The notes under the pieces are model-generated. The model was not told where the DNA came from. It saw nothing but the letters and a program-made list of their open reading frames with translations, and did no database searches. Below, piece by piece: positions 1 to 8,631 of a DNA stretch of 24,159 nt. The stretch is from Pseudomonadota bacterium (lineage in GTDB: Bacteria > Pseudomonadota > Gammaproteobacteria > Acidiferrobacterales > UBA6901): positions 1 to 24,159 of the forward strand of contig JAKBDW010000439.1 in the NCBI GenBank assembly GCA_021834245.1, given 5' to 3'. Each line of letters starts with the position of its first letter. The first letter of the stretch is position 1. The position numbers and the translations under genes are program-made.

Positions 1-1
1 A

Positions 2-300
2 CTGTGCGAGCTCGTCGAGAAGGGAACAGACACCGATCTCGTACGCGAAATGATCCAGCACGTCATGGACATGGACGTGGAGAACTTGTGCGCCGCTGCC
101 TACGGCGAGCGCACCGCCGAGCGGCAACACAAAACAGCCGCAGCGGCTACCGGGAACGCCTCTGGGAGACCCGCGCCCGCGCGGTAAGTGTCAAGATCCC
201 GAAGCTGCGCTGCGGCAGCTATTTCCCGCCGTTCCTCGAGCCGCGCCGAACCGCGCCGAACCGCGCCGAGAAGGCCCTTGCCGCCGTGATCCAGGAGGTC
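2..300 (+). pseudogene. IS256-family transposase, N-terminal part (frameshifted; interrupted at 300 by an IS110 element)
   Basis: Frame 2 reads LCELVEKGTDTDLVREM...AYGERTAER, then shifts to NSRSGYRERLWETR...KIPKLRCGSYFPPFLEPRR...AEKALAAVIQEV, typical of IS256 (Mutator) transposases. It continues in frame at 1652. Confidence 0.9.
241..269 (+). repeat. 10-bp tandem repeat CCGCGCCGAA (about 2.9 copies) inside the IS256 pseudogene
   Basis: ccgcgccgaa ccgcgccgaa ccgcgccga is read directly. It adds extra residues to the usual EPRRxAEKAL motif. Confidence 0.85.
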
Positions 301-318
301 TTCTATGAACAGCTCCCC

Positions 319-552
319 CTTTGCAAGGCTCCCGATTGTTCGGCACTCAAAGTTGGCTGCTGCTATCTATCCGACCTGTGTGCGGGCACAACAGCCCTGG
401 CCTTGATGGGATCCGCGGACCCACGCCCATATACATCCACGAGGTCGATGCCTCGAGGCCTCCTTCGGGCTCAGTGGGTCCCGGTCCAACCTGATGTGCC
501 ATCGTAATCGCTCGCCTACGCAACCATGGGAAGGGTTATGTGACCGGGGCGG
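319..552 (-). ncRNA. Candidate bridge/seekRNA in the 3' non-coding end of the IS1111-type element
   Basis: About 235-nt non-coding region between the transposase stop and the right sub-terminal IR, where IS1111-group guide RNAs are encoded. It contains an 8-nt exact match to the predicted circle junction. Confidence 0.6.
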
Positions 553-1586
553 TTACACGACTGCGGCCCCGGATCGATAGCCGTTGAAGCGCTCGCCACG
601 AGTAAGCAACGCCCAGATCGTGTGGGCGTTCTTGTTCGCGACCGCGACGGCAACCACGTTCACGGGTCGGCGACGCAGGAGCTCATCGAGCCATGGTCGA
701 GCGCCGTTCGCGCGTACCCGATGCCAGCGCATCACGGCCTGGGCTCCGTGCACCAGCAGTCGGCGCAAATACCCGTCCCCGCGCTTCGAGATCGACCCGA
801 GACTGGGTTTACCGCCTGTGGAGTGCTGCTTGGGCACCAGTCCCAGCCATGCCGCAAAATGGCGGGCGCGGCGGAACGCGTGGATATCTCCCACCGAGGC
901 GACCATGGTCGAGGCCGTGATCGGCCCGACGCCCGGGATCCCCGCCAAGCGGCAGCTCGCATCGGTGGCACGGTGCCAGCGCTCAATCGCCCGCTCGAGA
1001 TGGGCAATGCGATCCTGGATTTGCCTCCATTGCTCAATCAGCAGCTCGATGAGCGCCATCACCGTAACGGGTACTCGTTCCGGTCCTGCGAGGTGTTCGG
1101 CTACCTGGCGTGTCAGGGTCGAGGATCCCACTCGGAGGTAAATACCGAATTCTGCGAGTTGGTACGAATCGAGTTACCGAGTTGCGTCCGTTGCGAATTG
1201 AGTAGTTCTCGTGATCGATGCAGTGTTAGGGCGGCCTGCTGTTGGACGGCCTTGATTGAGACGAAATGCATCGTCGGCCGCTGCACCGCTTCGCAGATCG
1301 CTTCCGCGTCCCTCAAATCGTTCTTGTTGGTCTTGAGGTACGCCTTCATGTAGCGGGCGGGAATACGCTTGCAGGAGTGCCCGAGCTTGCCGAGCTCTCG
1401 GGCCCAGTGATGGGCCGCTCCGCACGCTTCAAAGCCGATCACGCAGGGTGGAAGGTTTGCGACGAATCGTAGCAGCTCCGCGCGGCGAAGCTGTCGCCGG
1501 ATCTTCGGTCGACCGGCCCCGTCGACGCCATGGACGTGAGAGACGTTCTTGGCAATATCAAAGCCGATCACTTGTATCTCAGATAT
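553..1586 (-). pseudogene. IS110 DEDD transposase/recombinase, frameshifted near 1165, probable start codon mutated to ATA
   Basis: Motifs IGFDIAK, IGFEACG, KNDLRDAEAI, then after a 1-nt shift QLAEFGI...IPGVGPITA...GLVPKQHSTGGK...GDGYLRRLLVHGA. GAGGAG RBS lies 7 nt before an in-frame ATA at 1586. Confidence 0.9.
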
Positions 1587-1651
1587 GCCGACTCTCCTCA
1601 CGTTGATGGGTAATACACTGTCGCAGAAGTCAGGGGAGCTGTTCATCCCGA

Positions 1652-2585
1652 TATATCCGGGGCGTCTCGACCCGTTCGATCGACGAGCTGGTCAAGGCAA
1701 TGGGGATGTCCGGGATCTCGAAGAGCCAGGTCAGCCGGCTGTGCGGGGAGATCGACGAACGCGTCAACGCGTTCCTCGATCGGCCCATCGAGGGCGACTG
1801 GCCGCGGATCGATGCGATCTACGTGAAGTCGCAAGAGGCCGGCCGGATCGTGTCGAAGGCCGTAATAATTGCCGTCGCCGTAAACACTGAGAGCGTGCGT
1901 CAGGTGCTTGGTCTGGCTGTCGGTCCAAGCGAAGCGGAGCCGTTCTGGAGGGACTTCTTGCGCTCCATGACACGCCGTAGCCTTCGAGGGGTCAAGCTCG
2001 TCATCTCCGACGCCCACGCGGGCTTGAAGGCCGCCGCAGCCAAGGTCCTGAACGCCACCTGGCAGCGCTGCAAGGTTCACTTCCTGCGCAACGCGCTCGC
2101 ACACGCCGGCAAAGGGCAGCAGCAGATGGTGCTCGCCGCGATCAACACCGCGTTCGCACAGGACTCCTTCGAGACCGTGAGCGCGCAGTGGCGGGTCGTC
2201 GCCGATCAGCTGCGCGCCAAGCTGCCGAAGCTCGGAGAGCTCATGGACGCTGCTGAAATCGAAGTGCTGTCGTTCATGGCGTTCCCGAAGACGCACTGAA
2301 CGCAAATCCACAGCACCAATCCCCTCGAGAGGCTCAACGCCGAGGTCAAGCGTCAAACCGACGTCGTCGGAATCTTCCCCAACGACGCCGCCGTCATACG
2401 CCTGGTCGGCGCGCTGCGGCTCGAGTAGAACGACGAGTGCCAACTGCAGTGCCGATACATGCAACTTGAGGGACTGGCGTCCCTGAGTGACAATCAAACC
2501 GCCAGGCTGTCCGCGGTGGTCAGCTGAGCACGAGTCGAACCTGACCAAGATCGACGACTCGTACACCACTCGCCGGGACGCGATC
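1652..2585 (+). pseudogene. IS256-family transposase, C-terminal part plus right end
   Basis: YIRGVSTRSIDELVKAMGMSGISKSQVSRLC...IDAIYVK...LVISDAHAGL...WQRCKVHF; nonsense codons at 2297 and 2426; native stop at 2525-2527; IS256-like end TACACCACTCGCCGGGACGCGATC ending near 2585. Confidence 0.9.
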
Positions 2586-2729
2586 GCTGAGCAATCAGTT
2601 CTCGCCACGCCGCTGCGCTCCGTCGGATCCGCTTACCTCGACCCACTTGTCTCATCCGTTGTTGAAAACCGGAGAACATTGTCCAGATCCAACCCACGCG
2701 GAAAAGTACGCCGCGTCGTTACCGCTTAT
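2586..2729 (-). mobile_element. IS66-family left end and start of tnpA, truncated by IS256
   Basis: Minus strand begins ATAAGCGGTAACGACGCGGCGTA (cf. IS66 GTAAGCG ends and the related end at 8631), followed by ...RIRRSAAAWRELIAQ, like IS66 TnpA N-termini. Confidence 0.6.
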
Positions 2730-2772
2730 GCTCGACCTACGGTAAACTGATTCACGAGATCGGAGGTGAGAC

Positions 2773-3306
2773 ATGAATTGCTATTCGTTCAATGGAAAGA
2801 GACCGCACGTTGCCAGCGATGCATTTGTGCATCCAACAGCGGTTCTAATTGGGGCCGTCAATATCGGTAGAAAGTGTTATATCGGTCCATGTGCCTCGCT
2901 GCGCGGAGATTTTGGGTGTATCAGAATTGGTGCGGGCGCGAATGTTCAAGACAATTGCGTAATTCACACGTTTCCGAATGAGGACGTGGTGCTCGAAGAG
3001 GATGCTCATATCGGACATGCGGCTGTACTTCATGGATGCACCGTATGTTGCAATGCTTTGGTGGGTATACAATCCATCGTCATGGATGGAGCGCGTGTGG
3101 GCCGTGAAAGTATGGTTGGGGCGGGCTCGTTCGTGCCGGCGCGATTTGAGATTCCGCCGCGAACTCTCGTGATCGGAAATCCGTGCCGCATTGCTCGGCC
3201 GTTAAACGACGACGATATTCGTCGGAAGAGTCACGGCACGAGCTTATATCAAGAACTCGCACAACAGTGTCTCGCATCTTTACAGCCCTGTACGCCAACT
3301 CGGTGA
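2773..3306 (+). CDS. paaY: PaaY/CaiE-type gamma-carbonic-anhydrase-family hexapeptide-repeat protein
   Basis: FVHPTAVLIG, ASLRGDFG, QDNCVIH, HIGHAAVLHGC with three Zn-type His residues, and a C-terminal helix KSHGTSLYQEL as in PaaY. GGAGG RBS at 2762-2766. May be somewhat shorter at the C-terminus than E. coli PaaY. Confidence 0.85.
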   Translation: MNCYSFNGKRPHVASDAFVHPTAVLIGAVNIGRKCYIGPCASLRGDFGCIRIGAGANVQDNCVIHTFPNEDVVLEEDAHIGHAAVLHGCTVCCNALVGIQSIVMDGARVGRESMVGAGSFVPARFEIPPRTLVIGNPCRIARPLNDDDIRRKSHGTSLYQELAQQCLASLQPCTPTR

Positions 3307-3455
3307 CGAGTGGTCAGGCTGTAACAAGTACAAGTAATTGGAGAGAACAACTCTGGTTGCGTTGAATTTCGAGTGGTGAAGTTGGGCGAGCGCGCTCGGC
3401 TTCACCCCCTGACGCGCGTTGAACGTGACCTTCGAATTCAGAATCATTTCGCTCA

Positions 3456-4358
3456 GACCGCGCCGGAGGTTGGTATGCGCTGAAGGCGAAGAAGATACCC
3501 GGGCGACCGAGGAGGCTGTCGGGTCGGGACATGCAGCGGGTATATCGAACGGTGACGGGCAAGAATCCGCTGCAACTGGGGTTTCCGTTTGCGCTGTGGA
3601 CGCGCGGAATGGTTCAGAGCCTGATTCGCAAGCACCGCGGCGTGCGCCTGAGCTTAGTGTCGGCGGGGCGACTGCTGGCGCAGCTCGGACTCACCTGCCA
3701 GCAGCCGCTGTAGCGGGCCTTTCAACGGAACGGATCCCGGGTGCAGCAGTGGCCGAAGAGGAAGTATCCGCGAATCAGGGCACTGTCGAAGCGAGGGAAT
3801 ACGGAGATGTTCTTCGAAGACAGGTCCGGAGTTCGTTCGGACTCTCGCAGTGGCAGCACCTCGGTGGCGCGCGGTCAGACCCCAATCGTGCGGGTGACGG
3901 GCCAGCGCTTCAGCCTCAACATGATCTCGGCGATCAGCCCGCGGGGAGCGTTGCGCTTCATGGTGGTCAAGGGCGGAGTCGGTGCCCGGGTGTTCATCGA
4001 ATCCCTCAAGCGCCTGATGCACGGGCAACGACTGTCGGTGTTCCTGATCGTCGATGGTCATCCGGCGCATCGAGCCAAGATCGTCAACGCATTCGTCGAG
4101 AGCCTCGAAGCGAAACTGCGGCTGTACTTCCTGCCGCCGTGCTCCCCGGAGCTCAACCCCGATGAACTCGTCTGGAACAACGTGAACAACAATGCCGTCG
4201 GTCGCTCCAAGCTCGACGGGCCGAAGGACTTGCATCGTGCGGCGTCGGACGTCTACGCTTCCTGCAGAAGCGCTCGGACCGTGTCCGTAGCTTCTTCCAA
4301 TCCCCCGATACACGCTACGCAGCGCAAATATGAGTAAATACTTGCGAACTGGTTAGTA
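3456..4358 (+). mobile_element. IS630-family element, 5'-truncated transposase pseudogene with right end
   Basis: GGWYALKAKKIPGRPRRL...FALWTR...LGLTCQQPL*(3711)...FFEDRSG...LIVDGHPAH...FLPPCSPELNPDELVW. The right end ends in TA (GAACTGGTTAGTA, 4346-4358). Confidence 0.9.
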
Positions 4359-4379
4359 GTTGCAAGAGGTCGATGCAAC

Positions 4380-5243
4380 ATGGCTGCAAATGAGACGACG
4401 TCGGGCACCGCGCTGAGAGTTGAACATGTTGGTGCATTCATGTTGATTACGTTTAATCAGCCGGAGATGCACAATCCGCTCAGCCCCGAGGTGGTGAGTG
4501 CACTTGGGTCAGCACTTGCTGAGGCAGAGTCAGATGTGGCGCTACGCGCGATTGTGATACGCGGCGCGGGCTCCACGTTCAGCGCCGGGGGCAACCTGGA
4601 TAACTTCGAAGAGCGCATCGCCACGCCAATTAATGCCGACGGTAGCGATCCCGTTGTCATGAGCAACCGGATGTTTGGCGTCTTTCTTGAACGCTTGGCC
4701 AGATTTCCAAAACCCGTGGTGGTTGCGGCCCATGGCGCGGCTATGGGCGGGGGTGCCGGACTGGTATGCGCGGCCGACATCGCGCTCGTCTGCGCCGGGA
4801 CGCGATTTTGCTTTATCGAGACCAGAATTGGTCTTGTACCGGCACAAATCCTGCCGTTCGTTGTCGCAAGGATAGGTGCGCAGCGGGCGCGACGAATGAT
4901 GCTGACCGCAGAGCGGTTCGGTGCTGACGAAGCTCTGCGCATCGGGCTAGTGGACATCGTGGCAAATGACATGGAGGCGCTGCGTGCACAACTGGGCGAC
5001 GTGCTCGATCGCATTGGACTATGCGCACCGGATGCGCTCGCTCGGACCAAGCGGTTGGCGATGCGGTGCTTAGCGCCTGAATCCCTTTCTGGCACAGGGC
5101 TGACGGAGCTGCTCGATGATGCGGCGAATGACTTCGCCGCGCAGCTCCGGGGCGCTGGCAGCGAGGGCGTGCGGGCAGCGCGGGCAAGGCGTGATCCGGC
5201 GTGGCGCGTGGTGTTTGATCGCAGTGCGCTTGCGAGATGGTAG
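4380..5243 (+). CDS. Enoyl-CoA hydratase/isomerase (crotonase), methylglutaconyl-/isohexenylglutaconyl-CoA hydratase-like
   Basis: ITFNQPEMHNPLS, FSAGGNL, AAHGAAMGGGAGLVCAADI, FCFIETRIGLVPAQILPFVVARIG. Only the second catalytic Glu is present, as in LiuC/AtuE. Confidence 0.85.
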   Translation: MAANETTSGTALRVEHVGAFMLITFNQPEMHNPLSPEVVSALGSALAEAESDVALRAIVIRGAGSTFSAGGNLDNFEERIATPINADGSDPVVMSNRMFGVFLERLARFPKPVVVAAHGAAMGGGAGLVCAADIALVCAGTRFCFIETRIGLVPAQILPFVVARIGAQRARRMMLTAERFGADEALRIGLVDIVANDMEALRAQLGDVLDRIGLCAPDALARTKRLAMRCLAPESLSGTGLTELLDDAANDFAAQLRGAGSEGVRAARARRDPAWRVVFDRSALARW

Positions 5244-5342
5244 CGGGACTCTACGCTATAGAAACGGAGCCTAGATTGTGTTTTTGAAATTATACGCGGT
5301 AATTAGGAGGGATTCCCGGCACGTAATAGAAGGGATTACGCT

Positions 5343-5672
5343 ATGACCCATGTGGTGACCGAAAATTGTATTAAGTGCAAGTTTACGGACTGCGTGATCG
5401 TCTGTCCGACTGATGCTTTCCGGGAGGGGCCGAATTGCCTAGTTATTCATCCAGACTGGTGCATCGACTGCACCCTCTGCGTTGCGGAATGCCCTGCGGA
5501 AGCGATCTTCTCGGACGAGAGCTTGCCAGACGCACAGCATGCCTTCATAGCGCTCAACGCAGAGTTGGCGGACATCTGGGGACCGATTACCGACAAGAAG
5601 GACGCTCCTACCGATGCGGACGATTGGAACGGGAAACCTGGCAAACTCGGGCTGTTGGAGCGTAAGTGGTAA
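5343..5672 (+). CDS. fdxA: 7Fe ferredoxin ([3Fe-4S][4Fe-4S], Azotobacter FdI type)
   Basis: [22 protein letters not shown]...[21 protein letters not shown]...LNAELA...W...GKLGLLER, matching the FdxA pattern. The last codons overlap an IS66-like end. Confidence 0.95.
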   Translation: MTHVVTENCIKCKFTDCVIVCPTDAFREGPNCLVIHPDWCIDCTLCVAECPAEAIFSDESLPDAQHAFIALNAELADIWGPITDKKDAPTDADDWNGKPGKLGLLERKW

Positions 5673-5674
5673 GC
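5661..5674 (+). repeat. IS66-like terminal sequence CGTAAGTGGTAAGC (inverted copy at 9086-9099)
   Basis: Exact 14-bp match to the reverse complement of 9086-9099; resembles the GTAAGCGGTAA ends at 2729 and 8631. Confidence 0.7.
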
Positions 5675-5829
5675 CGGCCGCGTTCTGTTCGACACGAGGG
5701 ATCGCGGGGAGTATGGCGCTTCAGTTCACCACCGTCACACCGGTGCGAGCGATGGAGAGGATCAGGCGGAGACGGCTCGGTACACGACCCCTTCCGACCC
5801 TCACTGGATCCCCTTGTTTTGCCTCGGAA

Positions 5830-6086
5830 AATCGCGTCCATGTATCTCGCTGGTGTCAAACTCGGGTTTGGCGCCGCATGCTTCGGCGTCGTAGTCAGAA
5901 GGACTGGACTGACTGGAAGCGGATCTATCGCTTCGCGAGCGATTACCTGCCCACGCCCCGCGTCCTTCATCCCTGGCCGAATATCCGCTTTGCCGTCAGA
6001 CCCCGAGGTGGGAGCCCGGTGCGTGAATCGCGCCCGCCGGGATCTGTGCGGGGGGGGCACCCAGTAACCGGTGTCCCTACCGCGAT
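5830..6086 (+). mobile_element. Group II intron 3' remnant: maturase domain X end, domain V and domain VI (bacterial class E-like)
   Basis: VWRRMLRRRSQKDWTDWKRIYRFASDYLPTPRVLHPWP; DV GAGCCCGGTGCGTGAATCGCGCCCGCCGGGATCTGTGCGGGG (from 6012, AGC triad); DVI ending CCTACCGCGAT with a bulge-type A at 6079. Confidence 0.9.
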
Positions 6087-6100
6087 CACTCCACACGTAG

Positions 6101-6976
6101 TCACCGGTTACGTCGGGTCCTGCTAAGCAATTCGCGCGCCCTGTTCACAACCGGAGGATCGATCATCTTGCCCATGTATTCGGTGGCCCCTCTGCCTTCT
6201 CGAACCGCTTGGTCGAAAGCAGCAATGACGCCGTGCGCGTATTCGACCTCATGCGGTGTTGGCATGAACTCCTCGTTCAGGATATTTACCTGCGTTGGAT
6301 GAATGCAAAATGCACCGACAAAACCGAGTTGGCGCGCCAACCTGATTGCGATGCGAAGCGATTCCCCATCGGAATAGTCGGCGACTGATGCGGGAAATCC
6401 AAAGGGTAGAATTCCTGCACGGCGGCACGCGAACAGCACCTGCTGATTCGGCGCGAAGAGTGCCGCAGGAATCGGTTCCATGCCGGCTGACGCGGAAAAG
6501 TCTTCGGACCCGAGAATCATGCCCATCATCCGCGGCGAACTGGCGGCGATCTCGTCTAGTTTCGGCAGCGCCGCAACATCTTCAATCTGCGCAATCAAGA
6601 GCGTATGCCCTAAGCGGATGCCGAGCCGTGTTTCGATTAGATCTATTTTTTGCGATGTCGCACGTACGTAACCGGCATCATTCACCTTCGGCAACACAAT
6701 GGCATTCACGTCAGCGCCGACGGCTGCTTCAAGATCTCGTTCGGTCTCCAACCACGGCTGGTTGACGCGAACGACGATTGCGGCACCGGATTGCAAAACT
6801 TGTGCGGCGTCTGCCGCGATCCTGCTCCGCGCGACTTCCTTCGCAGCGGCGGGTACGCTGTCCTCCAAATCGAGAATATAGGCATCGGCGCCACGCGTAT
6901 GCGCCTTTGCAACGAACTTCTCGATATGTGCCGGTATAAACAGCATTGAGCGCCAGATCGGAAACGTTTTCAGCAT
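6101..6976 (-). CDS. CitE/HpcH-family acyl-CoA lyase (citramalyl-CoA lyase-like)
   Basis: WRSMLFIPA, ADAYILDLEDSV, VVRVN, IVLPKV, AQIEDV, LGSEDFSA, GAFCIHPTQV, GKMIDPPVV. AAGGA RBS. Confidence 0.9.
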   Translation of the reverse strand: MLKTFPIWRSMLFIPAHIEKFVAKAHTRGADAYILDLEDSVPAAAKEVARSRIAADAAQVLQSGAAIVVRVNQPWLETERDLEAAVGADVNAIVLPKVNDAGYVRATSQKIDLIETRLGIRLGHTLLIAQIEDVAALPKLDEIAASSPRMMGMILGSEDFSASAGMEPIPAALFAPNQQVLFACRRAGILPFGFPASVADYSDGESLRIAIRLARQLGFVGAFCIHPTQVNILNEEFMPTPHEVEYAHGVIAAFDQAVREGRGATEYMGKMIDPPVVNRARELLSRTRRNR

Positions 6977-6985
6977 ATTTATCCT

Positions 6986-7837
6986 TCAGCCCAAGTCGGC
7001 CGATGCCGTCATGGCGATGAATCCATCATGGTCAACCGCCCACAGATTCAGCTGCTCGCCGCGATGATTTCCGCACACCTTAAAAGGTGCGCAATCGAAG
7101 ATCGGCCTGATTGCGCGGAATCGGAACTTCTCAACTCGTCTGTGTGCAACCTGCACGCCAACCATGTCGAGCAAAAGCGTCGCCAAAAGCGGGCCGTGCA
7201 CCACGAGCGCTGGGTAGAATTCTTCCTTCACCGCATAGTCCCGGTCGTAGTGAATGCGATGACCGTTGTAGGTCAGTGCGGAAAAACGAAATAGTAGCAC
7301 CGAATCGGGAACGACAGTCTTCACCCAGTCAACGTCAGTCGGTGCGGGATCACCACGTGGTAACAACGTGGGGTCATTAGGCATGTCACGATAGATCAAA
7401 TTCTGTGTTTCAAGAATGCATAAATGATCGTTCTGGTATAGCGCGTGTTCGATGGTTATGACCACTAGCGCGCCAGTTTTGCCCTCCTTGAGTTCGATTG
7501 AACGAATGATGGATTTCCTGTGACCCGGACATCCGAGCACAAGCGGACGATCGATTTGCAGAGTGCCCGCGGCCCACATCCGGCGCGGAAGGGGCACGGG
7601 TGGCAGAAACCCGCCTTTTTTCGGGTGACCGTCGGCACCAGTACTGCTGGAAGAAGGTGTATCCAGGAAATACATCCAGTGCCAGGAAGGCGGCAAGGCA
7701 TCGCCTGTATCGGGGAGGACGTCATGATCGAGCACGGAGGCGAGCGCACGCGCGGGAAACAGGCCAAGATCGTCCGCGATCACTTTTTCGGTGCCGATCC
7801 AGCTCCTCAGATATTCAATATCAACCGTACTCATCAT
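6986..7837 (-). CDS. Itaconyl-CoA/mesaconyl-C4-CoA hydratase-like double hot-dog hydratase (Ich/Meh family)
   Basis: LPPSWHWMYF, GADGHPKKGGFLPPVPLPRRMWAAG, LLFRFSALTYNGHRIHYD, LVVHGPL. Start is ATG 7837 (alternatives GTG 7843, ATG 7834). Confidence 0.85.
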   Translation of the reverse strand: MMSTVDIEYLRSWIGTEKVIADDLGLFPARALASVLDHDVLPDTGDALPPSWHWMYFLDTPSSSSTGADGHPKKGGFLPPVPLPRRMWAAGTLQIDRPLVLGCPGHRKSIIRSIELKEGKTGALVVITIEHALYQNDHLCILETQNLIYRDMPNDPTLLPRGDPAPTDVDWVKTVVPDSVLLFRFSALTYNGHRIHYDRDYAVKEEFYPALVVHGPLLATLLLDMVGVQVAHRRVEKFRFRAIRPIFDCAPFKVCGNHRGEQLNLWAVDHDGFIAMTASADLG

Positions 7838-7870
7838 TGCCACTGCCTTCGCCGGTGGTCGGTCGCGTCA

Positions 7871-7995
7871 TACTAACAGGTTCATTTTAGAGACTATATT
7901 ATGATTGCGCGCGACGAGGGTCCACGGCCGCAAGTTCAGTAACGCGAAGCTGGAAGAGAATAGCTTTTCTGCGGTCAAGGCGGTGCAGTCGGGGG
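7871..7995 (+). mobile_element. IS630-family left end and transposase N-terminus (fragment)
   Basis: Begins TACTAACAGGTTC, an 11/13 match to the reverse complement of the right end at 4358 (TACTAACCAGTTC), then HGRKFSNAKLEENSFSAVKAVQSGE, like IS630 N-termini. Confidence 0.7.
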
Positions 7996-8631
7996 AGGTG
8001 GTTTGGGTCGAGCGCGACCTCGGGGTCCTCGAGGAACACCGAGAGTGCGTCCTTGCGCTCGCGCACGTAGCCGAGTGTTTTGTGAACGGTGTGGCCGGCA
8101 ACAGCCCGAGCTCGGCGAACGCAGCGTCAACGAATGCGAAGAGCGCCTCGACCTTCGGCTTCGTCTCGAGCACCCGTTGGTCACGCTTGGCCTCGCCTTG
8201 GAGCCCCGGCTCGCGGATCCGCTCCTCCACCGCGTAGATCTCGGCGATGTACTCGAGCACGATTCGGGCGCGTTCAGGATCGGCCGCCTCGGCCTCGAAC
8301 AGTTCGCGCCGCGCGTGAGCCCAGTTCCTATTCGATCCCAATTTTTCGGCCCAGGAAAAAACCAAGAGCTTCTGCTGCCTTCGGCATCAGACTGCACTGG
8401 GTCAGGAGCGATAGCAAAAGATCAAAGACGCAGACTTGACGAAGAACGCCTCGCAGGGTTCAATCAATCCGCAGATCTTTCCACTTAATCCCAGAACGAT
8501 TTCTGTCCGCACTTCCCAGGCCACCGCTCTGACCCCGCGTCTATGGAAGCAGCACTTCGTCACCAACCCCATGCGCTCCGAGATTCACGACTTCCCGGTT
8601 TAATCAATTACGCCGCGCGATTACCGCTTAC
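7995..8631 (-). mobile_element. IS66-family remnant: left end (8631) and internal tnpC fragment
   Basis: Minus strand starts GTAAGCGGTAATCGCGCGGCGTA; TnpC motifs WAHARRELFEA...IAEIYAVEERIR...TPFTK and (shifted frame) VFLEDPEVALDPNH. Confidence 0.8.

Larger units (their letters stand above)
301..1651 (-). mobile_element. IS110-family element, IS1111 subgroup, inserted in the IS256 transposase
   Basis: Perfect 14-bp sub-terminal inverted repeat ATGAACAGCTCCCC (305-318) / GGGGAGCTGTTCAT (1633-1646), with no target duplication. Removing 301-1651 restores CAG GAG GTC|TAT ATC CGG GGC (QEV|YIRG) in frame with the downstream IS256 ORF. Confidence 0.9.

Noticed and set aside
1587-1646. ATG at 1646 as the IS110 transposase start
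   Set aside because: It lies inside the terminal IR with no RBS. The RBS points to the codon at 1586.
584-2608. Long ORFs 584..1141, 622..1353 (+) and 1643..2608 (-)
   Set aside because: Antisense shadows of the GC-rich IS110 and IS256 transposases, with no recognisable motifs.
3307-3455. Segment TAACAAGTACAAGTAATT... as the IS630 left end, or a small ORF
   Set aside because: Only a loose match to the right IR, and no recognisable transposase N-terminus follows. Left unassigned.
3419-4313. ORFs 3419..4165 (+) and 3654..4313 (-)
   Set aside because: Alternative frames over the IS630 pseudogene.
5743-5830. GTGCG at 5743 as the 5' end of a mini-intron joined to the DV-DVI remnant
   Set aside because: No conserved domain I blocks follow it, so it is probably a chance 5-mer.
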